Shown here in pieces: positions 1 to 11,500 of a stretch of DNA of 64,000 nt. The notes below the pieces were generated by a model. That model did no database searches. It saw only the letters and a list, made by a program, of their open reading frames with translations, and was not told where the DNA came from. The position numbers and the translations under genes are program-made. Where the stretch lies: positions 416,001 through 480,000 of the forward strand of contig CAWCNY010000002.1 in the NCBI GenBank assembly GCA_963797095.1. The letters are read 5' to 3'. The DNA is from an uncultured Chloroflexia bacterium (GTDB lineage Bacteria > Chloroflexota > Chloroflexia > QHBQ01 > JADMIH01). The number at the start of each line of letters is the position of its first letter. Within the stretch, counting starts at the first letter, position 1.

Positions 1-182
1 GCTATCATCTTAAGTCGTTCTATCGTATCCTGCTCTAATCTGAGTGAGATCAGGGTCTTTGGTCTTGCATCAACGACACGTAACGGTATCTTCTCAGTTT
101 CGTCAAAGAAATCGGTAGTGCTGTGCGTATCCCAGAAATCTGACTCTTCTTGTTCATTATGGAATTTGGGTATCTCTGCCAT
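1..182 (-). CDS. CopG/BrnA-type antitoxin of a type II TA system (3' end runs off the window)
   Basis: Manual translation from ATG at 182: MAEIPKFHNEQEESDFWDTHSTTDFF...KTLISLRLEQDTIERLKMIA. The IPxFxxExEExxFWDTH and ISLRL motifs are typical of CopG-family antitoxins. GGGAG RBS upstream. Confidence 0.85.
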   Translation of the reverse strand, partial: MAEIPKFHNEQEESDFWDTHSTTDFFDETEKIPLRVVDARPKTLISLRLEQDTIERLKMI

Positions 183-190
183 AAGTCTCC

Positions 191-274
191 CTATTTTCTC
201 CTGAAATATTGCTTCTCCTTGGGGTTCATGTCCCGCGCAGAAATGATCTTTATGGCTTGGCCTGGCCGTATACT
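191..274 (-). pseudogene. 3' remnant of BrnT-family toxin, truncated by IS256
   Basis: Manual translation SIRPGQAIKIISARDMNPKEKQYFRRK* contains the BrnT C-terminal IISAR motif. It lies directly upstream of the antitoxin and is cut at the IS left end. Confidence 0.8.
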
Positions 275-1569
275 GAGTCTTGTGTAATTTAGGGAGCCTG
301 GCTATCCTTATGGTAAGTCTGACAAACTACCGAAAGGAGAAAACCAATGGCTCCCAAAAGTGAAGATACCCGACCCATAGCTATGAGTCAAGATGAGTTC
401 ACTCAGATGCTGACGACACAGATGAAAGACGCAGTACGCTTCGCTCTCAGCACTATCTTGGAAGCAGAGATCACAGCCTTGGTGGGTGCGTTGCCCTATG
501 AGCGCTCGATTTCACGAACCGATCGACGCAACGGCCACTACACGAGAGACCTGAACACGACAGTGGGTCTCATCGAAGACCTGGCCGTGCCCCGCACACG
601 TGGCGGATACCAGACGCAGTTGTTCGAGCGATATGCACGGCGGCGTCCAGAGATGGATACGGCCATCTCTGATATGTTCATCAAGGGAGTGAGCACCAGA
701 GCGGTGGGAGAGGTAATGGAGACCTTGACCGGCTCGGCACCGTCCGCTTCCACTGTATCGAGGGTGTTTCACACGCTAGAGGACGAATATCAGGCTTGGA
801 AGAGCCGCCCCCTTGCTCCTCGATACGAATACATATTCGCTGATGGCACCTACTTCACAGTCATATACGAAGGAGAAGGGTGCAAAATGCCAATCCTGTT
901 GGTAATTGGCATCAAGCCAGACGGGGTGAGGGAGGTGCTTGGCTTCTCGGTTGGGGATCGAGAGAACCAGGGGGCGTGGGAGCAGTTGTTTGACAACCTC
1001 AAGGAGCGAGGGTTGAAGGAGGTTGGGCTGCTGATAACCGATGGAGGCAAGGCCATGCTCAATGCTCTCTCCTCCAAGTTCCCAGGAGTGCAGCGCCAAC
1101 GGTGTGTCAAGCACAAGATGGAGAACGTGCTCTCGTACATACCCAAGAAGCAGCGAGAAGTGGTGGGCGAGGAGTTGAAAGCCATCTTCTACCAGGAGAA
1201 CAGGGAGAAAGCCGAGGAGATGGCACACGCCTGGTGCCAAAAGTACCGCAAAGAGTACCCAACGGCAGTAGAGTGCTTGTGGCGAGACTACGAGGCGTGT
1301 CTGACTTTCTACAGTTTCCCGCCCCAGCACTGGAAGGCAATCCGCACGACCAACGCCATCGAGCGGGTGAATGAGGAGGTGAAACGACGCTCACACAAGA
1401 TGGGAGCTGCCTTCCGCAACGAGAGTAGCTGCCTGCTGATGTTCTATGCCGTGGTCCGAGGAATCAAGTTCCAACGCTTGACTATGCCCGCCACGCCTGC
1501 TGCCCAGGACAGGTAGGAGAGTAGGATAGATGGGCTCCCCGATTTTACACACAACTTGACACACGGCCC
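275..1569 (+). mobile_element. IS256-family insertion sequence
   Basis: Imperfect terminal inverted repeats GAGTCTTGTGTAATTTAGGGAGCC (from 275) and GGCTCCCCGATTTTACACACAACTTGACACACGGCCC (to 1569) enclose the transposase. No target-site duplication is visible. Confidence 0.85.
347..1516 (+). CDS. IS256-family (Mutator-like) transposase
   Basis: Motifs [47 protein letters not shown]. Confidence 0.95.
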   Translation: MAPKSEDTRPIAMSQDEFTQMLTTQMKDAVRFALSTILEAEITALVGALPYERSISRTDRRNGHYTRDLNTTVGLIEDLAVPRTRGGYQTQLFERYARRRPEMDTAISDMFIKGVSTRAVGEVMETLTGSAPSASTVSRVFHTLEDEYQAWKSRPLAPRYEYIFADGTYFTVIYEGEGCKMPILLVIGIKPDGVREVLGFSVGDRENQGAWEQLFDNLKERGLKEVGLLITDGGKAMLNALSSKFPGVQRQRCVKHKMENVLSYIPKKQREVVGEELKAIFYQENREKAEEMAHAWCQKYRKEYPTAVECLWRDYEACLTFYSFPPQHWKAIRTTNAIERVNEEVKRRSHKMGAAFRNESSCLLMFYAVVRGIKFQRLTMPATPAAQDR

Positions 1570-1581
1570 TTGGCCTTCTCG

Positions 1582-1609
1582 AACAAACACTATCAACAAA
1601 CACTATCAA
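1582..1609. repeat. 13-bp tandem duplication AACAAACACTATC x2
   Basis: Read directly at 1582-1594 and 1595-1607, just outside the IS right end. Confidence 0.8.
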
Positions 1610-1886
1610 TAGATATCTACCACTCTATGTACGTCCATAGAATAGTAGTTTGTTGTCTTTGGTTCTGCCGACTTTGTACCGTTCGCTACCAAGGCATTCC
1701 TCCACTTCCTCTGGTTCGATATTGTGCTTCTCTACTATCTATCTTATCAATAACCCACTCAGGCCAAATAATGCTCGTGAAATAGAAGGTCAAGGCTAGC
1801 CTCATGCGCGGACTAATGTATATACATTATACATACATACGCTATGAAGGTCAACTCGTCAAGACGCTCGATTTCCAGTTATCCTC

Positions 1887-1915
1887 TTGACTACCCCCCG
1901 CATCCGACCTATAAT
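1887..1915 (+). promoter_or_regulatory. Sigma70-type promoter for the ECF sigma operon
   Basis: TTGACT-17 nt-TATAAT, 84 nt upstream of the ATG at 1999. Confidence 0.75.
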
Positions 1916-1998
1916 CGTAAGGCATCTGCTTTCTTCTTTCCCGTCCAACTTCTGCCACCCACCGGCCATCACAGCACGTCCCGCCCAGGAGCCTCCCT

Positions 1999-2541
1999 AT
2001 GGACATAGCCATCATCGAACGCGCACGAGCAGGCGACGAATCGGCATTTGTCGCCATCTATGAGCATTTCAGCCCGCAGATCCATCGCTATGTCTACCGC
2101 CTGCTGGGCAGCCAGGAATTGGCGGACGACGTTACCCAGGAGACTTTCCTGAAAGCCTTCCAGAACATCGCGGGCATAGCGGACGATTCCAACCTTGGTG
2201 CATGGCTCTATCGCATCGCATCCAATGCCTGTTTTGACATACTGCGCCGCCGCAAGTTGATTACCTGGATGCCGATCCTTGAGGATAACGAGAAATCATC
2301 CGAATTTACCGCCGAAGACTTCTCACCCCAGGTGATCGAGTCGCAATTGGTCCGACGCGCCCTTGTTGAGATGCCCCCTGCCCTGGCAGTCTGCCTCGTT
2401 TTGCGCTCGGTGGAGGGCTTTTCATGTGAGGAGATAGCCGAGATCCTCAAGATACCGAAAGGCACGGTCTTCAGCCGCCTGGCACGCGCCCGCGAAATGT
2501 TTATCTCGCTCTATAACCGCCGTCCCACCGCCGACCAATGA
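1999..2541 (+). CDS. ECF RNA polymerase sigma factor
   Basis: Region 2 (ADDVTQETFLKAF, WLYRIASN) and region 4 (EGFSCEEIAEILKIPKGTVFSRLARAR). AGGAG RBS. Confidence 0.95.
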   Translation: MDIAIIERARAGDESAFVAIYEHFSPQIHRYVYRLLGSQELADDVTQETFLKAFQNIAGIADDSNLGAWLYRIASNACFDILRRRKLITWMPILEDNEKSSEFTAEDFSPQVIESQLVRRALVEMPPALAVCLVLRSVEGFSCEEIAEILKIPKGTVFSRLARAREMFISLYNRRPTADQ

Positions 2542-2602
2542 TGCACAGGCAACCAGGCGATAGCGCAGAAAAGTGTCAGGTCTGAGATTTGAGCTCTAAT
2601 AG

Positions 2603-5600
2603 TTGAACTGCACTCGTTACCGGCAATTAATATCCAGATACGTTGACGATGAGGTCACGCCCCGCCAGCGCCGCGAGCTCCTCGCTCATGTCGAGGTTTG
2701 CCGTGACTGTGCGGCCTGGTTGGCCCGCGCACGCCAGACCGATGTGCTGTTGAAATCGGTGGGCGATACTCACCCCTCCGATAGCGTCCGAAATGCCATC
2801 ATCGCGCAGCTTCGCAACGATGACAAACATGCAGGGGCCATCAGCCAGCTACCCTCAGCAACCACAGACCCGGCATTCGGGCGACAGCAGTCCGTTCATA
2901 TTCATCGATCGGCGTTTCGCGTTCTTCTCTCCTCTCTCTTGCTCCGCTTCGACCCCTCGCCGCGCAGGATCGCGCTTGGGTTGCTGGCGTTTGCGTGCGC
3001 TTCGTTCGGCCTGCTATTCTGGCTGAATGTGCTGCCGCAGTTCTGGAGCAACAAGCTTGGCTTCGAGGTCCAGCCCGATTCCGCAGGGATAGCCTCCACT
3101 CCCATACCGATCCAGGCCATATCCTCCAACACAGGCACCGGTACGGCCAACGCCCCCAGCCTGGTGCTCGCCCAGCCTGGCGATGGCTCGCAAATTTCCC
3201 TGCTCAATTCGCCGGTGGTGATGCGGTTCGATATGCCGATGGATAGAGGCTCGGTGGAAGATGCCTTTTTGATCACACCTCCGGCTGCCGGAAGCCTCTC
3301 ATGGGACGCCGATAACCAGCTACGCTGGACGCCCACGGCACCGGGCCTGTTGCGCGGCGTTACCTACACAGTCAACTTATCAGGCACTGCCCTCTCGCTG
3401 GCGGGCACGCCCCTTCGCGGTATGTGCTCCTGGTCGTTTCGGACGAGCGATCCTTACTCGGTCTCGCCTTCGCCCGCCGACGGCTCGTACATAGGGCCTG
3501 CGGCCTCGCTCTCGCTCACGTTCGACACTGCCATGCGAGTGGACGGCGCACAGGGAGCGGTTTCGCTGCGCGAGGCCGACACCCACAAGGATATCCCGGC
3601 CTCTTACTCCTGGGACTCCGAAGGCAAGCGCCTCACCCTCACCCCGCTTCACCCCCTGGCGGCGGGCTATGTCTCAGTTGTGGTCGATGCGACCGCCCCC
3701 ACCGCCTCAGGCGATACACTTGGCCGCTCTTACGAGTTCAAATACCGGGCCGATCTTCCCACGCCCAGGGTGCATATACTCGATGGCCGTTTGTCGGTGG
3801 CGTCGTCCGATGGGCTAGCCCGGCTTGCCTACGAGGCCGTGAGCGGTGCCTCGCCCGACGAAGCCCTGGATAATGTCGTTTTCGACGTTTATGCTTTCCC
3901 TGCCGAAAAGCTATCGGCCTTGGGCGCGCAAGCCTCGGCATGGCCCCAGGCCCTCCCCGCCGGGTTCCCTTCCGGACTGGACCTGGCCTCCACGTCCCAC
4001 TCGCAGCCGGTGGGGGCCTCTATTTCGGGCGATGCCTTCCTACCGCCTCTTTCTCCAGGTATTTACCTAGTGGTGGCTCACGGCGTCCTGGCGAGTGGCG
4101 AGGCCAGCACCGCAGCCGGTCTCACCGATTGGCAACTGCTGATCGTGGGAGATAGCAAGCTGCTGTCAGCGGGTGGAGATATGCCCATGTGGGCGCTCAC
4201 AGGAGCGGGCCACTCATGGGGCGGCGCGGAAATCTCGCTCTATTCGCCCGCGGGTGAGCTTCTTGAAAAAGGGATAACCGGCGACAATGGCCTCTATTCT
4301 CCATCTCCGGCAGCACGGGGCGCATCGCTCGCTGTCGCGCGTGATCCCTCAGGTCACATTGCTTCTCTCGTGCTCAATTCCGGCTTCGACCCGAATGGCG
4401 GCGATACTGCCGACACTCTCCCTGCCAATCTTATCACCGACCGCCGGGCATATCACCCCGGCGAAATAGTCAACTTCCATGCAATGCTCGAAGCCGCCAC
4501 CCTTGGTCCGGCCAGCGCCACCCGTCTTGACGAGCCTACGGACGGGAGCGCGAACGCTCAACTGCTCACCCCTCAGGGCTATGTAGTATCAAACTTGAAC
4601 CTCAAGCCCGACTCCGTAGGCGGCATCAGCGGCGTCTTTACGCTCGACCCTACGACCCTGCCGGGCACTTATACGATCCGGGTGCGCTGGGGCAACGCCT
4701 TGCACGACTTCCCGATCTTAGTTCTATCTACAGACCTTGATACCCTGAGCGTGGCGGTGCTCCCTTCCGGGGAGGAAGAAGGTGCAACCATCACCCGCAC
4801 GGTGAGCGTGCTAGGGCCTATGGGCAGGCCACAGGCGGGAGCGGTCGTCACGGGCACGCTCGGCATACTGGGCGACGCCTGGTCCTCTAATCTGGTGATA
4901 GCTACCACAAACGGCGATGGCCTGGCTACCTTTGTCATGCCCCTGCCCGATTGGTTCGCTCGCTTCAACGAGCCTGGGCTTTTCTTCCGTGCCGAGGCCT
5001 CTTCCGGAGATCTTGCGGGCGTGGATACTCAGTATCTCGACTTCACCTCGCAACGGATGGCTGCCGCAGGCCAGACGCAGGCGGTGGACCCGCTCCAGAA
5101 TGTGGCCGTTGTGGCGCGACTGGTGCCTGCCCAACCCCCGGACTCCGAAGCCCAATTCAGTGTGCGTGCGGTGCTGCTCGACCCTACCGCTCAATCAGGC
5201 GATCTCCTCCTGTCGGCTCAATCACCCACGGGTGAGCGCCTGAGCTATTCGATTGACCTGGCATCCAAGCCTGATGGCGACGCCACTTTCCCCCTGCCGT
5301 TGCGCTTCGCCGGGGGCATAGTCACTATCTTCTCGTTCCAGGCGACCTCGCCTCGCACCTTCAGACTGATCCCGGCGGGCGACGGTTCAGCCGACCTGCG
5401 CGTGCTCTCTCCGGTAACTGCCACCGCTTCTTCAAATATAGACGTAAGGCTCAACCTGAGCGACCGGGACGGCGCGAGCCTGGCGGGCAGCGCTACCCTG
5501 GTGTGGCGGCGCGTATCGGGCGCGCCATCGGACCTACCCGTAGGCTGGCAGCCAACTGTCGCCATCACGGCTTCCGGAGTTGTCACCCTTACTATCCAGG

Positions 5601-7210
5601 CTCCTACCTCTCCCGGCCTGTGGTACCTGATGTCTGAGGCTACTTCGGCTGCGGGTGAGGGGTGGGGATGGGCGGCGGTGCGCGTCGTCCCCGACGCATG
5701 GATGCAACTTCCCCCATCCATTCAATCCGAAGCGGGCGAAGGTTCGTCATTTGCAGTGCGCGTGTTCAACCCCGGCGATGAGCCACTTACAGCCGATGTG
5801 GAGGCCCTCAATAACGCTTCGGTTGTAGATGCCGATGTGTCGAAGAGCGTGCAGGTCCAGGCGAATGGGCTGGCCGACGAGCAGTGGCGACTCTCAGCGA
5901 CCAGATCGGGCGACACTATATTGACCTTCTCGCTCGCGGCCCAGGACCTCGGCTTCCAAACTACAGGCGAGTGGCCTTTATCTGTCAGCAGCAAGCCGCA
6001 CCAGGACAGCGATGTTACCTACACATCGGGTTCGCTGACAGGCGAGCGGAATGTGGGTGTAGCGGTGCCCTGGGGCCTCGATAGCAGCGACCTCACCCTG
6101 GAGATACGCGCCTCGACCTCGTTGCTGTCGTCGCTGGCAGGCATCACCCGCGACCTGTACGGCGGTTGGGTAGCGTCCTCCGATGGCGTATCGATGGCGG
6201 CGGCACGCCTGAGCGCGGGCGCACCGGTTGCGTCGGCGTTTGCCCGCTCAGGAGAGGGTGTGCCTGACGACCTGTTGCTGTCGGGTGTCGAACGTTCCAG
6301 GCTTCTCCAGCAACTCTACGCTGCGCAACACCAGGATGGAAGCTGGGGCGGCACCCTGGATGGCGATGGAGTAGGCAGCGTGTCTCAAACTGCTGCCGTC
6401 CTGCTTGCCTTCTATCGCTCCTCATATTATCCATACGGTGATGGCCAGCTACAGCCCGACCAGGGCGTGATCGAGCGCGCTTTGCAATACCTATCGTCCG
6501 AGCTGGCGCGGCCTTTGCGGGTCGGTGCCTCGTCCAATGCTCTCGATGAGCGTGCTTACGCTCTGTATGCATTCTCGCTCTACCGCTCTGTGCCCAACGA
6601 CTGGATGCGCCCTCTGCTTGCGTATGCCTTGCCGGGGCCATCCGGCGCACCCGCTTCGCTGACGGTGGATGGGCAGGCTTACCTGGCGCTCGCGCTCATG
6701 CAGTCGGATAGGATGGCAGATGCGCTCGCGCTCCTTGATACCGCCCTTCGCCTGCAGTCTGCCGGGAGCGTACCTGTGTCGGCCCCCATGCTCATGGCGC
6801 TGTTGCAGTCGGAAGCCGACGCTTCCAGCGGCGCAAACAGTCAGCCTTTCTCATCTTCCTACTCGGCGATTCACAACTCGCAATCGGGAATCCGCAACTC
6901 CCTTTATGTGACCGCCCTCATGGAGGCGCGTGAGGGCGCGGGCTGGCATACGCCCCTGATGACAGCCGATGCTATGTGGGCATTGTCGCTCTATGCGGCG
7001 ATGGAGGGAGAGCATCCACGCTCGGACTCCCCCGCGCTCTTCCTGGGCGACCGCCCGATCCAGCCCAACCTTTCCGGTGGCATACCGGGCGAGCTATCGG
7101 TGCTGCTGCCGGGCGATGAATTGAAAGCCGGCACCAACTGGCTCAAACTGCGCTCCCCGGCCTCGGGCGAGCCTCTCTATTACAGCCTGACTCTAATTGC
7201 AACGAGGTAA
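2603..7210 (+). CDS. Zinc-finger (zf-HC2/ZAS) anti-sigma factor fused to Ig-like (Big_5) and alpha-2-macroglobulin-like domains
   Basis: N-terminal C3...H29xxxC33xxC36, TM helix at about aa 123-143, two Big_5-like repeats, MG2 signature [13 protein letters not shown]2M-like [18 protein letters not shown]-like [12 protein letters not shown]. Confidence 0.8.
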   Translation: MNCTRYRQLISRYVDDEVTPRQRRELLAHVEVCRDCAAWLARARQTDVLLKSVGDTHPSDSVRNAIIAQLRNDDKHAGAISQLPSATTDPAFGRQQSVHIHRSAFRVLLSSLLLRFDPSPRRIALGLLAFACASFGLLFWLNVLPQFWSNKLGFEVQPDSAGIASTPIPIQAISSNTGTGTANAPSLVLAQPGDGSQISLLNSPVVMRFDMPMDRGSVEDAFLITPPAAGSLSWDADNQLRWTPTAPGLLRGVTYTVNLSGTALSLAGTPLRGMCSWSFRTSDPYSVSPSPADGSYIGPAASLSLTFDTAMRVDGAQGAVSLREADTHKDIPASYSWDSEGKRLTLTPLHPLAAGYVSVVVDATAPTASGDTLGRSYEFKYRADLPTPRVHILDGRLSVASSDGLARLAYEAVSGASPDEALDNVVFDVYAFPAEKLSALGAQASAWPQALPAGFPSGLDLASTSHSQPVGASISGDAFLPPLSPGIYLVVAHGVLASGEASTAAGLTDWQLLIVGDSKLLSAGGDMPMWALTGAGHSWGGAEISLYSPAGELLEKGITGDNGLYSPSPAARGASLAVARDPSGHIASLVLNSGFDPNGGDTADTLPANLITDRRAYHPGEIVNFHAMLEAATLGPASATRLDEPTDGSANAQLLTPQGYVVSNLNLKPDSVGGISGVFTLDPTTLPGTYTIRVRWGNALHDFPILVLSTDLDTLSVAVLPSGEEEGATITRTVSVLGPMGRPQAGAVVTGTLGILGDAWSSNLVIATTNGDGLATFVMPLPDWFARFNEPGLFFRAEASSGDLAGVDTQYLDFTSQRMAAAGQTQAVDPLQNVAVVARLVPAQPPDSEAQFSVRAVLLDPTAQSGDLLLSAQSPTGERLSYSIDLASKPDGDATFPLPLRFAGGIVTIFSFQATSPRTFRLIPAGDGSADLRVLSPVTATASSNIDVRLNLSDRDGASLAGSATLVWRRVSGAPSDLPVGWQPTVAITASGVVTLTIQAPTSPGLWYLMSEATSAAGEGWGWAAVRVVPDAWMQLPPSIQSEAGEGSSFAVRVFNPGDEPLTADVEALNNASVVDADVSKSVQVQANGLADEQWRLSATRSGDTILTFSLAAQDLGFQTTGEWPLSVSSKPHQDSDVTYTSGSLTGERNVGVAVPWGLDSSDLTLEIRASTSLLSSLAGITRDLYGGWVASSDGVSMAAARLSAGAPVASAFARSGEGVPDDLLLSGVERSRLLQQLYAAQHQDGSWGGTLDGDGVGSVSQTAAVLLAFYRSSYYPYGDGQLQPDQGVIERALQYLSSELARPLRVGASSNALDERAYALYAFSLYRSVPNDWMRPLLAYALPGPSGAPASLTVDGQAYLALALMQSDRMADALALLDTALRLQSAGSVPVSAPMLMALLQSEADASSGANSQPFSSSYSAIHNSQSGIRNSLYVTALMEAREGAGWHTPLMTADAMWALSLYAAMEGEHPRSDSPALFLGDRPIQPNLSGGIPGELSVLLPGDELKAGTNWLKLRSPASGEPLYYSLTLIATR

Positions 7211-7211
7211 A

Positions 7212-8501
7212 ATGGAACGCTTCTACGTCGAAGGCGGGTACCCCCTGCATGGGGAGGTCATGCCCGCAGGCAACAAAAACTCGGCGCTGCCTATGCTGGC
7301 GGCCTCTCTCCTGACCGATCAACCGGTCACTCTTCGCAATCTCCCCAATATCGGAGATGTACGCACCATCCTCAAGATACTGCGTGGTATGGGCGTTACG
7401 GTGGACGATACTGACCTGGCGGGGTCGCACTCGGTAACGCTGCAGGCAAGCAAAGTCCACGAGCAGCCCGACCAGGCGCTCGGCTCGCTGGTGCGCGGCT
7501 CGCTCCTCTTCGCGGGGCCAATGCTGGCTCGCACCGGGCATGCCTCGGTCGGCCAGCCGGGCGGCGACGCGATCGGTCGCAGGCGCTCGGATACACATCT
7601 GCTTGCATTGCGGGCGCTGGGGGCCGATATTGCGATCCACAACGACCGTTATGAGATGAAAGCGGGTCGCTTGCGTGGCACAGAGATATTCCTTGATGAG
7701 GCCAGCGTAACGGGCACGGAGCAGGCGATCCTGGCAGCGGTGCTTGCCGAGGGCGAAACCCTGGTCTTCAACGCGGCCTCCGAGCCGCACGTGCAAGACC
7801 TCTGCAATATGCTCAACACCCTCGGAGCGTATATCGAGGGGATGGGCACAAATACCCTGATCATAAAAGGTGTGCCTTCCCTGCATGGCGGCGACCACGC
7901 TATTATGTCCGATCACATAGAGGTGGGCAGCTTCATCGCGCTGGCAGCTGTCACGGGTGGTGAGTTACGCATCCGCAACGCTGTGCCCGACCACATGCGG
8001 ATGACCTGCCTTGTTTACAAGCGCCTGGGTGTGGAGGTACACATAGAAGGTGAGGATATTGTAGTGCCGGGCAACCAGACCCTTAAGGTTGACTACGATG
8101 TGCACGGGGCCGTGCCCAAGATCGACGATGGCATCTGGCCTGCCTTCCCAAGCGATCTGATGAGTATCGCGCTGGTCACGGCCACACAGTCCGAGGGAAC
8201 TGTGCTGATATTCGAGAAGATGTTTGAGAGCCGCCTTTTCTTCGTAGACTGGCTGATCAGCATGGGAGCGCGCATAGTGCTATGCGATCCGCACCGTGCG
8301 GTGGTGGTGGGTAAGTCCGCGCTGAGAGGTGACGAGATCACAAGCCCCGACATCCGCGCAGGCATGGCCCTATTGATGGCCGCCCTGTGCGCCTCCGGGC
8401 AGAGCACCATCTACAATATCGGGCAGATCGACCGGGGCTATGAGGCGATTGAGAAAAGGCTGGAAGCCCTGGGCGCAAAGATCAAGCGCGTGGTCGATTG
8501 A
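7212..8501 (+). CDS. murA: UDP-N-acetylglucosamine 1-carboxyvinyltransferase (Cys-to-Asp variant)
   Basis: [37 protein letters not shown] and IDRGYE motifs. Start moved to the ATG at 7212 (GAGG RBS). Confidence 0.97.
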   Translation: MERFYVEGGYPLHGEVMPAGNKNSALPMLAASLLTDQPVTLRNLPNIGDVRTILKILRGMGVTVDDTDLAGSHSVTLQASKVHEQPDQALGSLVRGSLLFAGPMLARTGHASVGQPGGDAIGRRRSDTHLLALRALGADIAIHNDRYEMKAGRLRGTEIFLDEASVTGTEQAILAAVLAEGETLVFNAASEPHVQDLCNMLNTLGAYIEGMGTNTLIIKGVPSLHGGDHAIMSDHIEVGSFIALAAVTGGELRIRNAVPDHMRMTCLVYKRLGVEVHIEGEDIVVPGNQTLKVDYDVHGAVPKIDDGIWPAFPSDLMSIALVTATQSEGTVLIFEKMFESRLFFVDWLISMGARIVLCDPHRAVVVGKSALRGDEITSPDIRAGMALLMAALCASGQSTIYNIGQIDRGYEAIEKRLEALGAKIKRVVD

Positions 8502-8543
8502 ATAATGCCTGGGGCGTTGTATGCGATGCCGCCAGGCATTATT
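8501..8543. terminator. Probable bidirectional intrinsic terminator
   Basis: AATAATGCCTGG ... CCAGGCATTATT inverted repeat between convergent genes. Confidence 0.75.
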
Positions 8544-8558
8544 GCGTTTGTAATGTAT

Positions 8559-11500
8559 CTACGGCGTGCAAGCCGGTAGGAAGGTGTTCGCCACTATCTT
8601 GCCGGCTTGGCCGCGCGTAGCAAAGTCGTTGGGGCGGAAATAAGGCAAGCTGCTCGCGCCGCAAGGCTCGCCCGGCCCACCACACGGATAGCCGTTCATC
8701 ACATCGCGTGTCGCCAACCGCCCGATGTAATCGTAGAAGGTAGAGCCGGGAGATATGTCCTCGAATGCCTGCCCCGTAACAGTCTCATTGAAGCCCGCCG
8801 ATTCCGATACCAGCTTGGCGATTTGCCCTCGTGTCGCCCCCGTATTGGGGCGGAAATAAGGCAAGCTGCTCGCGCCACAAGGCTCGCCCGGCCCCCCACA
8901 TGGGTAGCCCGCCACAACGCCATGCGCTACAAGCCTCTCTATTGCTTCGTAGAAGGGCGACCCGGGCGGGATGTCCTCGAAACTCTGCCCGCTGACGGCT
9001 TCATTGAAACCTGCGGCCCCGGCCACTATCTTGGCGATCTGCCCGCGAGTGATGCCACTCCCCGGCCTGAAATACGGGTCGCTACTTGTGCCGCAAGGCT
9101 CGCCCGGCCCACCGCAAGGGTACCCCGACACGATCCCGCGACACGCCAGGCAAAGCACCTGATCATAGAAAGTGTGGCCTGGGGGCACGTCCTGGAAGTA
9201 TATGGCACAGGCAGTGGGCGTGCTGCTGGGAACCGTCGTAGCGGTCAAAGTCGATGTCGCGATCGCAGTAGAGCTCTTTGTAGGGATATTTGTATTCGTG
9301 CTCGTGGCTGTGCTTGTACTCACAGGCACGGTTGCCGTGCTCGTAGCTGTGCTCGTTTCCGTGGCCGGCATAGGAGTGTCACTCGGCATCGCCGTATTTG
9401 TGGCAGTAGCCGAAGGGAGTGGCGTGCTTGTGCTTGTGCTGGCAGCGATGGTTTGGGTTGGTGTAGGAGTAGACGTGCTTGTATTTGTGGCCGGGATGGC
9501 GGTATTCGTGGGAGTGTCGGTGCTTGAAGGGGTGGCCGTCATGGTAGGAGAGGGAGAGCACGACCCGATATATCTCTCAACAAGCGTTTGGTCTACCCAG
9601 TAACCGTAATATTGCTCCCCTACTGCCCAAATCTCATTAGGAGAGATCGCCACCACGTCATTCAGGATATCGACCGCCGTAGGATCGGTAATAGGATCGG
9701 GGAGCGAGGTCCAGGAGGAACCATCCCAATGCAAGACCACGCCATCAACATAGTCGTCGTTGCCTACTGCCCATACATCGTTGCTTCCTACGGCCGCTAT
9801 CCCCAGCAATTCTATTCTGCCGGGGAATGGAATGTCTTGAAGCATCCAGGAGGAGCCGTCCCAGTGGAGTGCGATGGGTCTTCTGCCTGCCACTGCATCA
9901 TAGGAATTACCGACAGCCCATATATCGTTGTCCGACACCGCCGATATGCTATTGAGATGGTTTTCGCCGTCTCCCGGGCTTGGGCTTGTTACTGTGTTCC
10001 ATGTCGTGCCGTTCCAATGCATGACCAGAGTCTGGCTGTTGAGACCGGCGGTGGTTCCACCAACAGCCCACACATTGTCGCTTGAAATCGCAAGCACTCC
10101 GCCCAGGCCCCCCGGCGGACCCGCTGTCTGGGTCCAGGAGCTTCCATCCCAATGTAAGATGAGGCCCCTGTAGGTGTTAGAACTATCCTGATAATCTCCC
10201 ACAGTCCACACATCGTTGGCAGATACACCATCTACTGCATAGAGACCCGCATTCCTTATGTCAGGGCTCGGGGTGGGTATGCGTGTCCAACTTGTGCCAT
10301 CCCAATGCATGGTGATAGTCTGATATAGTGGGATTGTCTGGCCTACAGCCCATACATCGTCCTGCGAGATAATTGCTACATCGTAGAGATAAGGATAGGA
10401 GTCCTGCTGCTCGTAAGGCATCGGAACAACTTGCCAGGAGCTTCCATTCCAATGCTCCGCTACTGTTCCTGTGATCGACCAATTGTAAAGAAACCGGCCT
10501 ACGGCCCATATATCATCAGATGAGAGCGCATCCACACCCGCCAGAGAATTCATGCTGGCTGCGGGGTTGGGGCTGCCTATGATATGGAGGCCCGGCTCAC
10601 ACACTACGGGAGGCGGGCACCATTGGCTGTAATGAACCACCAGTGTATATGGGTCCCCATCCGTGCTATTACCCACCGCCCATATATCCTGAGATGAGAC
10701 AGCGGCAATATCCCATAGTGCCCCCTCTTCGAGTGAGGGATTAGGGCTGTCTACCATGCTCCACTGCGTACCGTCCCAGTGTTCGACGCGTGTGTTCCCG
10801 TAATGATTTTCTCCAATCACCCACGCATCATCCGGGGCCAATGCTTCAACACCGTAAAACTGGACATTATCCACGCCCCACTGCTCAGTCCAGGTTGAGC
10901 CATCCCAATGGCAAATAACCCCGCGTAATGTGCCCTCGCCATCCCAGAAGGTGCCCGCAGCCCAAATATCGTCGGAAGAAATCGCGCTTACATCGTAGAG
11001 CATCACGTTTTCGATGGTCTGGGGCATAACTGTCCAACCGGTGCCATCCCAATGGACGATCAGTGCATCAGCCAGGTTAGCACCGGCTTCGTAGCCTACC
11101 GCCCATACATCATCCTGTGCTAAGGCTGTGATACCGTACAGGCCGTATACCTCAGGTGGTGAACCACCCACATCTACAATGCTCCAACCGGTACCATCCC
11201 AGTGTATGATCATTGCAGTATCAGATAAAAAATAACCGGCTGAGCCTACAGCCCAAATGTCGTCGGATGAGATCGTGGCAATGGCACGCAGATAGTAGTT
11301 TCCTTGTTGGGCCGGGTTAGGCACTGTGTTCCAATCGCTGCCGTCCCAGTGCGCGATAGCAGCGCCGCCATACGTCTTGCTGCCCACGGCCCACACATTG
11401 TCTGAAGTGATCGCTGCGACGTCTTCATAGGTTACGTCAGATACCACGGCGGTATTCGTTATTGTCATCCATACAGCGCCGTCCCAGTGCTCTATGGTTT

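Noticed and set aside
1570-1850. Small ORF 1570-1785 or toxin 5' half in the AT-rich stretch
   Set aside because: No RBS or motif, and no BrnT N-terminal sequence recognised on the minus strand.
6425-6445. YPYG sequence as the A2M thioester site
   Set aside because: It reads YPYGDGQ with no Cys or CxEQ, and lies after the QxxDGSW motif rather than at the start of the TED domain.
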